A stretch of DNA of 30,241 nt from an uncultured Candidatus Saccharibacteria bacterium (GTDB taxonomy: Bacteria > Patescibacteriota > Minisyncoccia > Phycocordibacterales > DATDWN01), in assembly GCA_964387335.1 (NCBI GenBank), contig CAYLWA010000001.1, forward strand, positions 1 through 30,241, in the 5' to 3' direction. The position numbers and the translations under genes were made by a program. Below are positions 18,608 to 25,724 of this stretch, in pieces. The notes under the pieces are model-generated. The model was not told the origin of the DNA. It saw only the letters and a list, made by a program, of their open reading frames with translations, and searched no databases. How positions within the stretch are numbered: the stretch's first letter is position 1; each line of letters opens with the position of its first letter.

Positions 18608-19537
18608 ATGAATATTCTCAAAAATATACTTCGTCCTATTTACAATCATCCGTCAGTTTTCTTTATCAGAGGAATTTTTTTTGATATATGTGAATTTTTA
18701 ACTAATTACAGTGTTGAGAGAAAAAGGTTTAAAGAAAAAATGGGCTATGATCTTGATCTGAAAAATCCAAGGACTTTTAGTCATAGAATTGTATATAAAA
18801 AAATCTACGATAGAAATCCTGTTTTACCAAAGATGGCGGATAAATATTTAGCAAGAGAATATCTAATAGATAGATTCGGTGATTATATAAAAGAGTTTTT
18901 AGTGCCTCTTCTTTTTGTTACAGATAACCCTTCTAAAATTCCATTTGATAGTATTGAGGGTAATTATATAGTAAAAGTTAATCATAATTCTGGCCCTCAT
19001 TTTATAATAAGAAAAGGTCAATCTATAAACAAAGAAGAGATAATAAATTCTTTAAAAAAACAATTAAGGTATCCTTATGGAACATTAAAGCATGAGTGGG
19101 CTTATGGTAAAATCAAAAAAAGGTTGATTGTTGTTGAAAAACTTTTGGAGGATAAAGACGGCAATATACCTAGGGATTTTAAATTTCATATGATAAATGG
19201 TAAATGCGCTTTCATACAAGTTGATTTTGATAGATTTATAGATCATTCAAGAAGTTTATATGATGAAAATTGGAATTTTATTGAAGGGACACTAAAATTT
19301 AAACAGGGGATACAAATAAACAGACCAACTAATTTAAATTTAATGCTTGATTTGGCTCGTAAAATATCATCCGGTTTTGATTATCTAAGAGTTGATTTAT
19401 ATGATATAAATGAAAGGGTTTACATAGGAGAGCTGACCCATTATCCCGGTTCTGGTATGGAGGTTTTTACGCCTGAAAGTATGGATTATAAATTTGGAGA
19501 TTATTTCAAAGACAATGAATCAAAAAATAAAAAATAA
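18608..19537 (+). CDS. TupA-like ATP-grasp ligase
   Basis: LDLKNPRTFS, ADKYLAREY, YIVKVNHNSG, HEWAY, VEKLL, RDFKFH, LRVDLY, YIGELT.YPGSG. Confidence 0.9.
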   Translation: MNILKNILRPIYNHPSVFFIRGIFFDICEFLTNYSVERKRFKEKMGYDLDLKNPRTFSHRIVYKKIYDRNPVLPKMADKYLAREYLIDRFGDYIKEFLVPLLFVTDNPSKIPFDSIEGNYIVKVNHNSGPHFIIRKGQSINKEEIINSLKKQLRYPYGTLKHEWAYGKIKKRLIVVEKLLEDKDGNIPRDFKFHMINGKCAFIQVDFDRFIDHSRSLYDENWNFIEGTLKFKQGIQINRPTNLNLMLDLARKISSGFDYLRVDLYDINERVYIGELTHYPGSGMEVFTPESMDYKFGDYFKDNESKNKK

Positions 19538-20891
19538 TAATGTATCCGTTTTGGTTGATTCTGGGGATTACCCGGATTTTCCATATGAAAACAATTCTGT
19601 TTTATATCAAAATCTATTAGATTTATTAGCAAATCTCGGTTGTCCAAAAGATAATCCTTTTGCAGATTATATAAGTTCTGGTCAAGTTGCTGTTATAAAA
19701 CCAAATTGGGTTAGAGATGTAAACCCTCTCGGCTTTGATTATACTTCACTTATTACACATCAATCCATTATTAAATATGTTATTGATTTCTTGGTTAAGG
19801 CTATGGATGGAAAGGGGACTATTATAATAGGTGATGCGCCTCTTCAAAATTGTAATTTTGATAATTTAAAACAAATAACTAATATAGAAAAAATAATAAA
19901 AGATGTAAAAAAGAAACATCCTTTAATTGATATACATATTGAAGATTGGAGGATAACAAAGATTGGTGATTCATCAAAAGAGGGTCATAAATACAAATTT
20001 ACTGAAAATGAAGCTGTTTCAAATGGATATAAAATAGTAGATTTGGGAAAAGAGAGTTTTCTTGAAGATCTTTCTGGTTTTTTTAATAGATTTAGGGTTA
20101 CTAAATACAAAACCAGTTTGATGAAAAAACATCACGGTTTAGGAAAGCATGAGTATCTAATAACTGATTCTTTGTTTAAGGCAGATTTTTTAGTCAATAT
20201 TCCAAAAATGAAAACTCATATTAAAACAGGTCTTACTGGTGCAATGAAAAATATGGTTGGTGTAAATGGTCACAAAGAATTCTTACCGCATCATATAAAA
20301 GGATCTTATTTTGAAGGAGGTGATAATTATTGCAACCCGTCTTTTTTAAGAAGGGTTTATGAAGATATTTATGATTATTTTTGGGAAAATATGGATACTA
20401 TGAAAGGTTATAAAAGAAAAATCTATTTAAAAACTCTTAGTTTTATTTGGAGACTTTCTAATATTTTTAATAATGACAATATTTCTGCTGGTAGTTGGTC
20501 TGGAAATAATACCATATGGAGAACTGTTATCGATTTAAATCATATTATTTATTTTAAAGAACAAAAACCTTTAAAATGTCTTACGATCGTTGATGCTGTC
20601 TGCTCTGGTCAGGGTGAAGGTCCTCTTGAACCAGAACCAAAAAAAACAAATATATTAATTGCCGGATACAACCCAGCTTTTGTAGATATGGTTATTGCAA
20701 AAATTATGGGCTACTGCATCGCTAGAATACCATCTGTATATAATGCTATAAATGATAGAAGATCAAAGTTTTCAGGTGATAGTAGTGTTGACTTTATAAT
20801 AAAACAGTCAAAAGATGGGGTTTTGAAGGTTGGTATAGATGATATAGAAAGTCTAAATTTTAAAAAACCTAAATATTGGAGAGGTGCATAA
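19515..20891 (+). CDS. DUF362 domain protein
   Basis: IKPNWV, GDAP, NIPKMKTH.KTGLTGAMKNMVG, GQGEGPL. ATG 19515 preferred over TTG 19494; overlaps TupA by 23 nt. Confidence 0.8.
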   Translation: MNQKIKNNNVSVLVDSGDYPDFPYENNSVLYQNLLDLLANLGCPKDNPFADYISSGQVAVIKPNWVRDVNPLGFDYTSLITHQSIIKYVIDFLVKAMDGKGTIIIGDAPLQNCNFDNLKQITNIEKIIKDVKKKHPLIDIHIEDWRITKIGDSSKEGHKYKFTENEAVSNGYKIVDLGKESFLEDLSGFFNRFRVTKYKTSLMKKHHGLGKHEYLITDSLFKADFLVNIPKMKTHIKTGLTGAMKNMVGVNGHKEFLPHHIKGSYFEGGDNYCNPSFLRRVYEDIYDYFWENMDTMKGYKRKIYLKTLSFIWRLSNIFNNDNISAGSWSGNNTIWRTVIDLNHIIYFKEQKPLKCLTIVDAVCSGQGEGPLEPEPKKTNILIAGYNPAFVDMVIAKIMGYCIARIPSVYNAINDRRSKFSGDSSVDFIIKQSKDGVLKVGIDDIESLNFKKPKYWRGA

Positions 20892-20895
20892 ATAA

Positions 20896-21741
20896 ATGGA
20901 AATAGCTGTCATAATAACAACATATAATAGATCAAAACTTTTAAAAAGAGCCATCGAGAGCGTTTTGGATCAAAATTTTTCTCAGATTATAGTTGTTGAT
21001 GATTGTAGTAGTGATGATACTTTTAATACTGTTGATTTTTATACACAAAAAACCAAAAAACTTTCTTATTTAAAAATGGATAAAAATAGTGGTGTAAATG
21101 CTTGTAGAAACAGAGCAATACGTTCAGTTTTTTGTGATTGGGTCGCTTTTTTAGATGATGATGATGAGTTTGTTTTTGATGCTTTTGATGTTATTTCAAA
21201 TAAAATACAGACGATACCAAAAAATATAGATGTTATGTATTTTAATACTATTATAAATAGAGATAATGAGAAGTTTGTTGGAGGTTTTCAATTTTCTGCC
21301 GATCAAAAATATTACGATCCTTCTTATTTTGAAACAATGACCAAGTTTAATCTAAAAGGCGATTGTAAACCAGTTTTTAGAAAAAGTTTATTTGATGAAA
21401 ATTATTCATTTCCAGAAAGTGTAAATGGTTTTGAATCATACCTTATGAATAAAATAGCAAGGGACGGTAGAGGTATTAGATATTTTAGTGATATTACAAC
21501 TGTCGTCAATTTTACTTCAAATATTTCACATATAAGTCATACTGCTCCCCGTAAAAACCCAAAACCTTTGCTTGATCTTCATATTAGGCAACTAACAGAA
21601 CATAAAAATTTTTATAATAAACATCCTGTTTTTCTAGCAAAGAAATATTTAGATATGGCCAAGCTTTCTTTTAGAGCAAGTGCTTATATTAAAGCATTTA
21701 TATTTCTGATGAGATATTTTTATTTGAAGTTTTTAAAATAG
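20896..21741 (+). CDS. GT2 (GT-A) glycosyltransferase
   Basis: IITTYNRS, VVDDCSSD, NSGVNACRN, AFLDDDDE. Confidence 0.92.
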   Translation: MEIAVIITTYNRSKLLKRAIESVLDQNFSQIIVVDDCSSDDTFNTVDFYTQKTKKLSYLKMDKNSGVNACRNRAIRSVFCDWVAFLDDDDEFVFDAFDVISNKIQTIPKNIDVMYFNTIINRDNEKFVGGFQFSADQKYYDPSYFETMTKFNLKGDCKPVFRKSLFDENYSFPESVNGFESYLMNKIARDGRGIRYFSDITTVVNFTSNISHISHTAPRKNPKPLLDLHIRQLTEHKNFYNKHPVFLAKKYLDMAKLSFRASAYIKAFIFLMRYFYLKFLK

Positions 21742-22966
21742 AGTATTTTGATAATATAAACAAAATCATACTATTTATAATTTTTCCAAAAATAAGCCCC
21801 CATATTCCATAGATATATATTGAGAAAAATATTATAAGTATGCTCAAAATAGGATGTATTATATTGAGTATATAAACCCTATCAGATTTTATTGCGTAAA
21901 GAGATGTCATTGATAGTGTTGTAACTGTTGATATCACCAAAGATAAAACATATATTTGAGAATATCTTATTGATTCTATATATTGGTTAAAAAATATTTT
22001 AAATACAAAAGGGGATATTGTTATATATATAAGTCCGAATAGTCCAGAGATTATAAAAAGTCTTAATGTTTTTTCTAAAATAGTTTTGGATATTTGTTCT
22101 TGGTTTTGAATTGCAAGTTTTGGTAGTGCAATATTTGAAATTGGTCTTAAGAAACTCATAAACCTCTCTGGTATATTTGATGCAAATAGATATATGGCTA
22201 AATTTGTAGCTCCAAGGAAATGAAAGACAATCAGATTGTCTATATGAACTGCTATTGTTGGCAAGATGCCTGATAAGCTAAGTTTTTTACCATAGATTAA
22301 AGTTTCATCATCTATTTTTGTTTCGTCTGGTTCGTATTTTTCAATAGTTTTTTTGTATGCTATTGCATTTGATATTAGATTTGAAAGTAAACTTACTAAT
22401 ATCAAGAAGATTGATTTTGGTATAAAAAGTATTATTGCAATCAATCCTCCATAATACAAAATATTTATAATCTGATTATATAAAAACCAAGTTTTAAAAT
22501 CTTTTTTACCGTTTACAAAAGCTGACCAAGTGTTAAGTGAATTTGTAATAGGTAGTATTATTGAAGTTAAAATGATTCCAAAAAATAATAAGGTGTTGTT
22601 GTTTATTAGATAATATATAGAAATACCAATTCCAACAATAAATGGCAAAATAGAGTATTTAAGTTGTTCTCTAACTGATATCTGCAATATTCCATCATAC
22701 CCTCTGGCAACTGATCTGTTGACCGCTATGTTCATTCCAGTTAAAGTCAAGGAATTTATAATAAGTCCAACCGATAAAACAAATTGATAAATACCATAAA
22801 CTTCTTTTGCTAAATAGTTTCCTATTACCAAATACAATAAAAATGATCCTCCTGTGACAACTAGTGTGTTGGCGTTCATCCAAAAAGTGTTTGTTAGAAC
22901 ATATACCATATCAGTTTTGGTATATTTTTCAGACCATCTAACCAAACTCAAAAGTTTATCTTTCAT
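21698..22966 (-). CDS. wzx: Wzx-like oligosaccharide flippase (MOP superfamily)
   Basis: 422 aa, about 12 hydrophobic segments; LAKEVYGIYQF...LTG pattern; DNLIVFHFLG...LAIY; the only - strand gene of the locus. Confidence 0.85.
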   Translation of the reverse strand: MKDKLLSLVRWSEKYTKTDMVYVLTNTFWMNANTLVVTGGSFLLYLVIGNYLAKEVYGIYQFVLSVGLIINSLTLTGMNIAVNRSVARGYDGILQISVREQLKYSILPFIVGIGISIYYLINNNTLLFFGIILTSIILPITNSLNTWSAFVNGKKDFKTWFLYNQIINILYYGGLIAIILFIPKSIFLILVSLLSNLISNAIAYKKTIEKYEPDETKIDDETLIYGKKLSLSGILPTIAVHIDNLIVFHFLGATNLAIYLFASNIPERFMSFLRPISNIALPKLAIQNQEQISKTILEKTLRLFIISGLFGLIYITISPFVFKIFFNQYIESIRYSQIYVLSLVISTVTTLSMTSLYAIKSDRVYILNIIHPILSILIIFFSIYIYGIWGLIFGKIINSMILFILSKYSILKTSNKNISSEI

Positions 22967-22972
22967 AAAAAT

Positions 22973-22978
22973 ACTATA
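22973..22978 (-). promoter_or_regulatory. -10 box (TATAGT) for wzx, leaderless
   Basis: Reverse complement TATAGT, 6 nt before the ATG at 22966. Confidence 0.4.
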
Positions 22979-23024
22979 CTTTATTTTTGGCTTTATGGCT
23001 AGGCATTTTCTTTTGGTTATATTT

Positions 23025-23033
23025 TGATATAAT
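23025..23033 (+). promoter_or_regulatory. Extended -10 promoter TGaTATAAT for the O-antigen-ligase-like gene
   Basis: TG 23025-23026, TATAAT 23028-23033, ATG 23042 (8 nt spacer); divergent from the wzx promoter. Confidence 0.65.
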
Positions 23034-23041
23034 TGTAAATT

Positions 23042-25186
23042 ATGAAAAATATTTTAAATTGGTCTGTTTTATTATCAATATTTATTATTCCTTTTATACC
23101 TTTTATTGTTTCGTCAACAATGCTCTTTCCTTTTATAACAGGAAAAGGTTTCTTTTTTAGGATTTTAATAGAAATCTCTTTTGCTTTATGGTTGATTCTA
23201 ATCTCTCTTGAACCAAAATTCAGACCAAAAATGACTAAACTGTCTTGGGCAGTCCTATTTTTTGGTTTTGTTGTACTGATCTCTGATTTGTTTGGTGTTA
23301 GTCCGTATAAAAGTTTTTGGTCAAATTATGAGAGAATGGAGGGTTTTGTCTTAATTGTTCACCTTATTGCTTATTATTTTATAATAACTTCAACTTTAAG
23401 TTCTAGACTTTGGAATGCTTTTTGGAATATTAATCTTGTTGCAAGTTTTGGTATGTTTATATATTCCGCTCTTCAAATAAGTGGTAAACTAACAATAAAT
23501 CAAGGAGGAGTTAGAGTTGATGGAACTTTCGGAAATGCAACATATCTAGCTATCTATTTGGTTATAAATATTTTCATAGCATTATGGTTTTTGTTTAAGA
23601 AATACAATAATTTTGTTTATGCAAGTTTGTATCTAATCTCCATTTTATCAAATATTTATGTTCTTTATTTTACAGCAACAAGGGGTGCTATATTGGGACT
23701 TGTATTGGGTGTTATTACCACATCACTTTTAGTATTTTTTGGTGCTAAAAATGATGATGATAAAAAGTTTAAAAAAATATCAGGCGCTGTCTTGCTTTTG
23801 GTTGCGCTGTTTGGTGTCGGGTTTTTCTCTGTTAGAAATGCTGATTTCGTAAAAACAAGCCCTGTTTTATCTAGGTTTTCATCAATATCAAAAGAAGAGA
23901 TTAAAAATCAAGGAAGAAGTTTTGTTTGGCCTATGGCAATAAAAGGATTTAAAGAAAGACCGATACTTGGTTGGGGACAGGAAAATTTTAATTATGTTTT
24001 CAATAAATACTACAATCCACTTATGTATAATCAAGAGCAGTGGTTTGATAGAACTCACAATGTGATTTTAGATTGGCTTATTGCTTCTGGGATAGTAGGC
24101 TTACTTGCTTATTTGTCGCTTTACTTTTTTGCAATTCTGTCTTTAAAAAGGTTAAATTTACCGGTAGTTGAAAGAGCGGTATTTATAGGATTATTTATAG
24201 CTTATTTTATTCATAACATATTTGTTTTCGATAATCTTATAAGTTACATTTTATTTATTTCTCTGATTGCTTATATAAATAGTAGAATTACAGAAAATCT
24301 TCCTGATAATACAAAACAGTATAATCCAGATCTTGTAAATTATGGTTTTATTCCGACTATTATAATACTGTCTCTTGTTTCTATTTACTTTATAAATATT
24401 CCAGCAATGATGCAGTCAAAATATGTAATAAAAAGTATAAGCCAAAATGATTACACAAAAAGTTTTGAAAATATAAAAAAAGCTTTCAGTTATAATTCTT
24501 TTGGAAACTCTGAATCTGTTGAACAGATTGTTCCTATGGTTGTTGGTGTTTCTTCTTCAAATTATCCAAACGATTTGAAGCAAAATTTTTTCAATTTAGC
24601 TTACGAGCAATCAAAAAAACAAGTTGAAAAAACTCCAAATGATGTAAGGTATTTGCTTTTATTCGGATCGTTTTTAAATAGGTTTGGTGCATACGATGAA
24701 GCTCTAAATACATTAAATAAGGCTGTCGAGAAATCACCAAATAAACCGATGATATATTTGGAATTAGGCTCAACTTATTTAGCAAAAGGAGATTACAAAA
24801 AAGCTTTGGAGGTTTTTGATAAAGCTTATAGTATTGAACCAAGATTTAAAGAATCAACACTTGTCTACGCCGTGGGTTCCATATATGCAGGAAGGCAGGA
24901 CATCTTTACTAAACTTCTACCTTCAATATCAGAGGATGTTTTCATAGGAGATAATAGATTCTTAAAAGCATTTGCTGATACTAAAAACTACACAGTTGCC
25001 TTAAATATTCTAAACAAGAGGTTACAGATAAACAAAGATGATCCACAAACACTTCTTTCTATGGCAGCTTTGTATGCTCAAATGGGTAATAAAAATAAAG
25101 CGATAGAAATATTGAGATCTATAATAGAAAAAAATCCTTCATTTAAAGATCAAGGAGAGTTTTACATAAAAGAACTTTCAAAGTAA
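23042..25186 (+). CDS. O-antigen ligase/O-oligosaccharyltransferase family (Wzy_C) membrane protein with C-terminal TPRs
   Basis: RVDGTFGNATYLA, TATRGA, RP.LGWGQENF, FDRTHNVILD (conserved His), then TPR-like helices (YDEALNTLNKAVEKSPN...YLELGSTY..KGDYKKALE). Confidence 0.88.
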   Translation: MKNILNWSVLLSIFIIPFIPFIVSSTMLFPFITGKGFFFRILIEISFALWLILISLEPKFRPKMTKLSWAVLFFGFVVLISDLFGVSPYKSFWSNYERMEGFVLIVHLIAYYFIITSTLSSRLWNAFWNINLVASFGMFIYSALQISGKLTINQGGVRVDGTFGNATYLAIYLVINIFIALWFLFKKYNNFVYASLYLISILSNIYVLYFTATRGAILGLVLGVITTSLLVFFGAKNDDDKKFKKISGAVLLLVALFGVGFFSVRNADFVKTSPVLSRFSSISKEEIKNQGRSFVWPMAIKGFKERPILGWGQENFNYVFNKYYNPLMYNQEQWFDRTHNVILDWLIASGIVGLLAYLSLYFFAILSLKRLNLPVVERAVFIGLFIAYFIHNIFVFDNLISYILFISLIAYINSRITENLPDNTKQYNPDLVNYGFIPTIIILSLVSIYFINIPAMMQSKYVIKSISQNDYTKSFENIKKAFSYNSFGNSESVEQIVPMVVGVSSSNYPNDLKQNFFNLAYEQSKKQVEKTPNDVRYLLLFGSFLNRFGAYDEALNTLNKAVEKSPNKPMIYLELGSTYLAKGDYKKALEVFDKAYSIEPRFKESTLVYAVGSIYAGRQDIFTKLLPSISEDVFIGDNRFLKAFADTKNYTVALNILNKRLQINKDDPQTLLSMAALYAQMGNKNKAIEILRSIIEKNPSFKDQGEFYIKELSK

Positions 25187-25195
25187 AATGAAAAC

Positions 25196-25224
25196 TTGAT
25201 TATTTTTTAGCTGTATGCTAATAT
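25196..25224 (+). promoter_or_regulatory. Promoter TTGATT-17-(TGc)TAATAT driving candidate small RNA 1
   Basis: TTGATT 25196-25201, TG 25216-25217, TAATAT 25219-25224. The predicted start (~25230) coincides with the 5' end of a GC-rich stem. Confidence 0.6.
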
Positions 25225-25228
25225 ATAA

Positions 25229-25311
25229 CGGAGTGCTCATCCGGAAAGTGCAAACTAGAAGGTGATGCTCCGAAAAAATAACACAAAAACGCCTTCGGGC
25301 GTTTTTGTGTT
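25229..25311 (+). ncRNA. Candidate small structured RNA 1 (unassigned): 44-nt GNRA-capped hairpin plus terminator
   Basis: CGGAG/CTCCG outer stem, about 15 bp in total, 4x4 purine loop GGAA/AGAA, AGU-GCAA-ACU cap; own promoter and terminator; no ORF. Confidence 0.55.
25280..25311 (+). terminator. Intrinsic (probably bidirectional) terminator
   Basis: Perfect 14-bp stem AACACAAAAACGCC / GGCGTTTTTGTGTT with a cUUCGg tetraloop. Confidence 0.9.
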
Positions 25312-25333
25312 GCATTAAAAGTAAAAATATAAT
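25305..25333 (+). promoter_or_regulatory. Promoter TTGTGT-17-TATAAT driving candidate small RNA 2
   Basis: TTGTGT 25305-25310 (inside the terminator's 3' arm), TATAAT 25328-25333. Confidence 0.5.
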
Positions 25334-25349
25334 ACTATCTATTTATAAG

Positions 25350-25437
25350 TTATTTTTAGTTGTGGTTGGTGATTCGCACTCAATTTTTATTTTTTAGGAG
25401 CAAGCTTTCACCAACCGCAACTGAAAGTAATTTTTTT
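25350..25437 (+). ncRNA. Candidate small RNA 2 (unassigned): 23-bp hairpin with three U-G wobbles, 35-nt loop, U7 tail
   Basis: Arms 25350-25372 and 25408-25430. All 3 deviations from a perfect inverted repeat are U-G on the + strand; a T7 run follows at 25431-25437. Confidence 0.55.
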
Positions 25438-25512
25438 ATAAATAAAATATTTTTGAAAATAATTTTATTTTTTTTAAAAAATATAAAATTTATTTTTATA
25501 ATACAAAAATAT

Positions 25513-25521
25513 TTATCCACA
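25513..25521 (+). promoter_or_regulatory. Perfect DnaA box TTATCCACA
   Basis: Exact consensus in an extremely AT-rich spacer, flanked by a 10-bp inverted repeat. Function not shown. Confidence 0.55.
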
Positions 25522-25581
25522 ATATTTTTGAAAAAATATTTGTATTCATTTTTTTTATGTAAGATAATTAATACAGGTCGG

Positions 25582-25600
25582 GTGATGAAAAAATCATCAC
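25582..25600. repeat. Inverted repeat GTGATGA-N5-TCATCAC (operator or hairpin)
   Basis: Perfect 7-bp arms read directly. Confidence 0.5.
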
Positions 25601-25636
25601 GAACTTTTAGAAAAATTAACAAGTATCTTTAAAAGA

Positions 25637-25642
25637 TATAAT
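25637..25642 (+). promoter_or_regulatory. -10 box for the small basic ORF (leaderless)
   Basis: TATAAT 25637-25642, ATG 25650 (7 nt spacer). Confidence 0.6.
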
Positions 25643-25649
25643 AAATAAA

Positions 25650-25718
25650 ATGGCAGCAAAAAAGAAAACAAAGAAAGCAGCAACAAAAAAGAAATCTGCT
25701 TCAAAAAAGAAAAGATAA
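25650..25718 (+). CDS. 22-aa Lys/Ala-rich basic peptide MAAKKKTKKAATKKKSASKKKR (histone-H1-tail-like)
   Basis: Too short for the ORF track. Has its own -10 box and terminator; every KKK is encoded AAA-AAG-AAA. Confidence 0.7.
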   Translation: MAAKKKTKKAATKKKSASKKKR

Positions 25719-25724
25719 TTTTCT

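Noticed and set aside
4847-21741. Poly-A/poly-T runs in GT genes as phase-variation tracts
   Set aside because: Runs of 7-9 nt are everywhere in this AT-rich sequence, the frames are intact and no long G/C tract stands out.
25229-25272. RNA 1 as canonical SRP RNA, fluoride or c-di-GMP riboswitch, or RNase P fragment
   Set aside because: It lacks the SRP CAGG strand, the fluoride P1 (GGCGAUG...CGCC) and the c-di-GMP-I P2/P3 layout. GGAAAGUGCAA resembles an RNase P segment but the other 300+ nt are absent. No downstream ORF depends on it as a riboswitch would require.
25229-25602. CRISPR array or tRNA among the intergenic hairpins
   Set aside because: No identical direct repeats with regular spacers, and no cloverleaf or T-loop (GTTCRA) motif. 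I saw no tRNA, rRNA or CRISPR anywhere in the window.
25581-25605. Hammerhead-like core (GUGAUGA...CGAAC)
   Set aside because: The core must be CUGAUGA-stem II-GAAA; here the UGAUGA is itself paired and stems I and III are missing.
25360-25632. Overlapping 90-aa (+) and 80-aa (-) ORFs in the intergenic region
   Set aside because: F/I/K/L/N-only composition reflects the AT tract; no fitting promoter or start context, and they cut across the RNA hairpin.
25431-25640. Possible oriC (AT-rich tract plus DnaA box)
   Set aside because: Only one perfect box, no dnaA/dnaN nearby, and gene orientation and the visible G-over-C bias on the + strand look the same on both sides. A computed cumulative skew would settle it.
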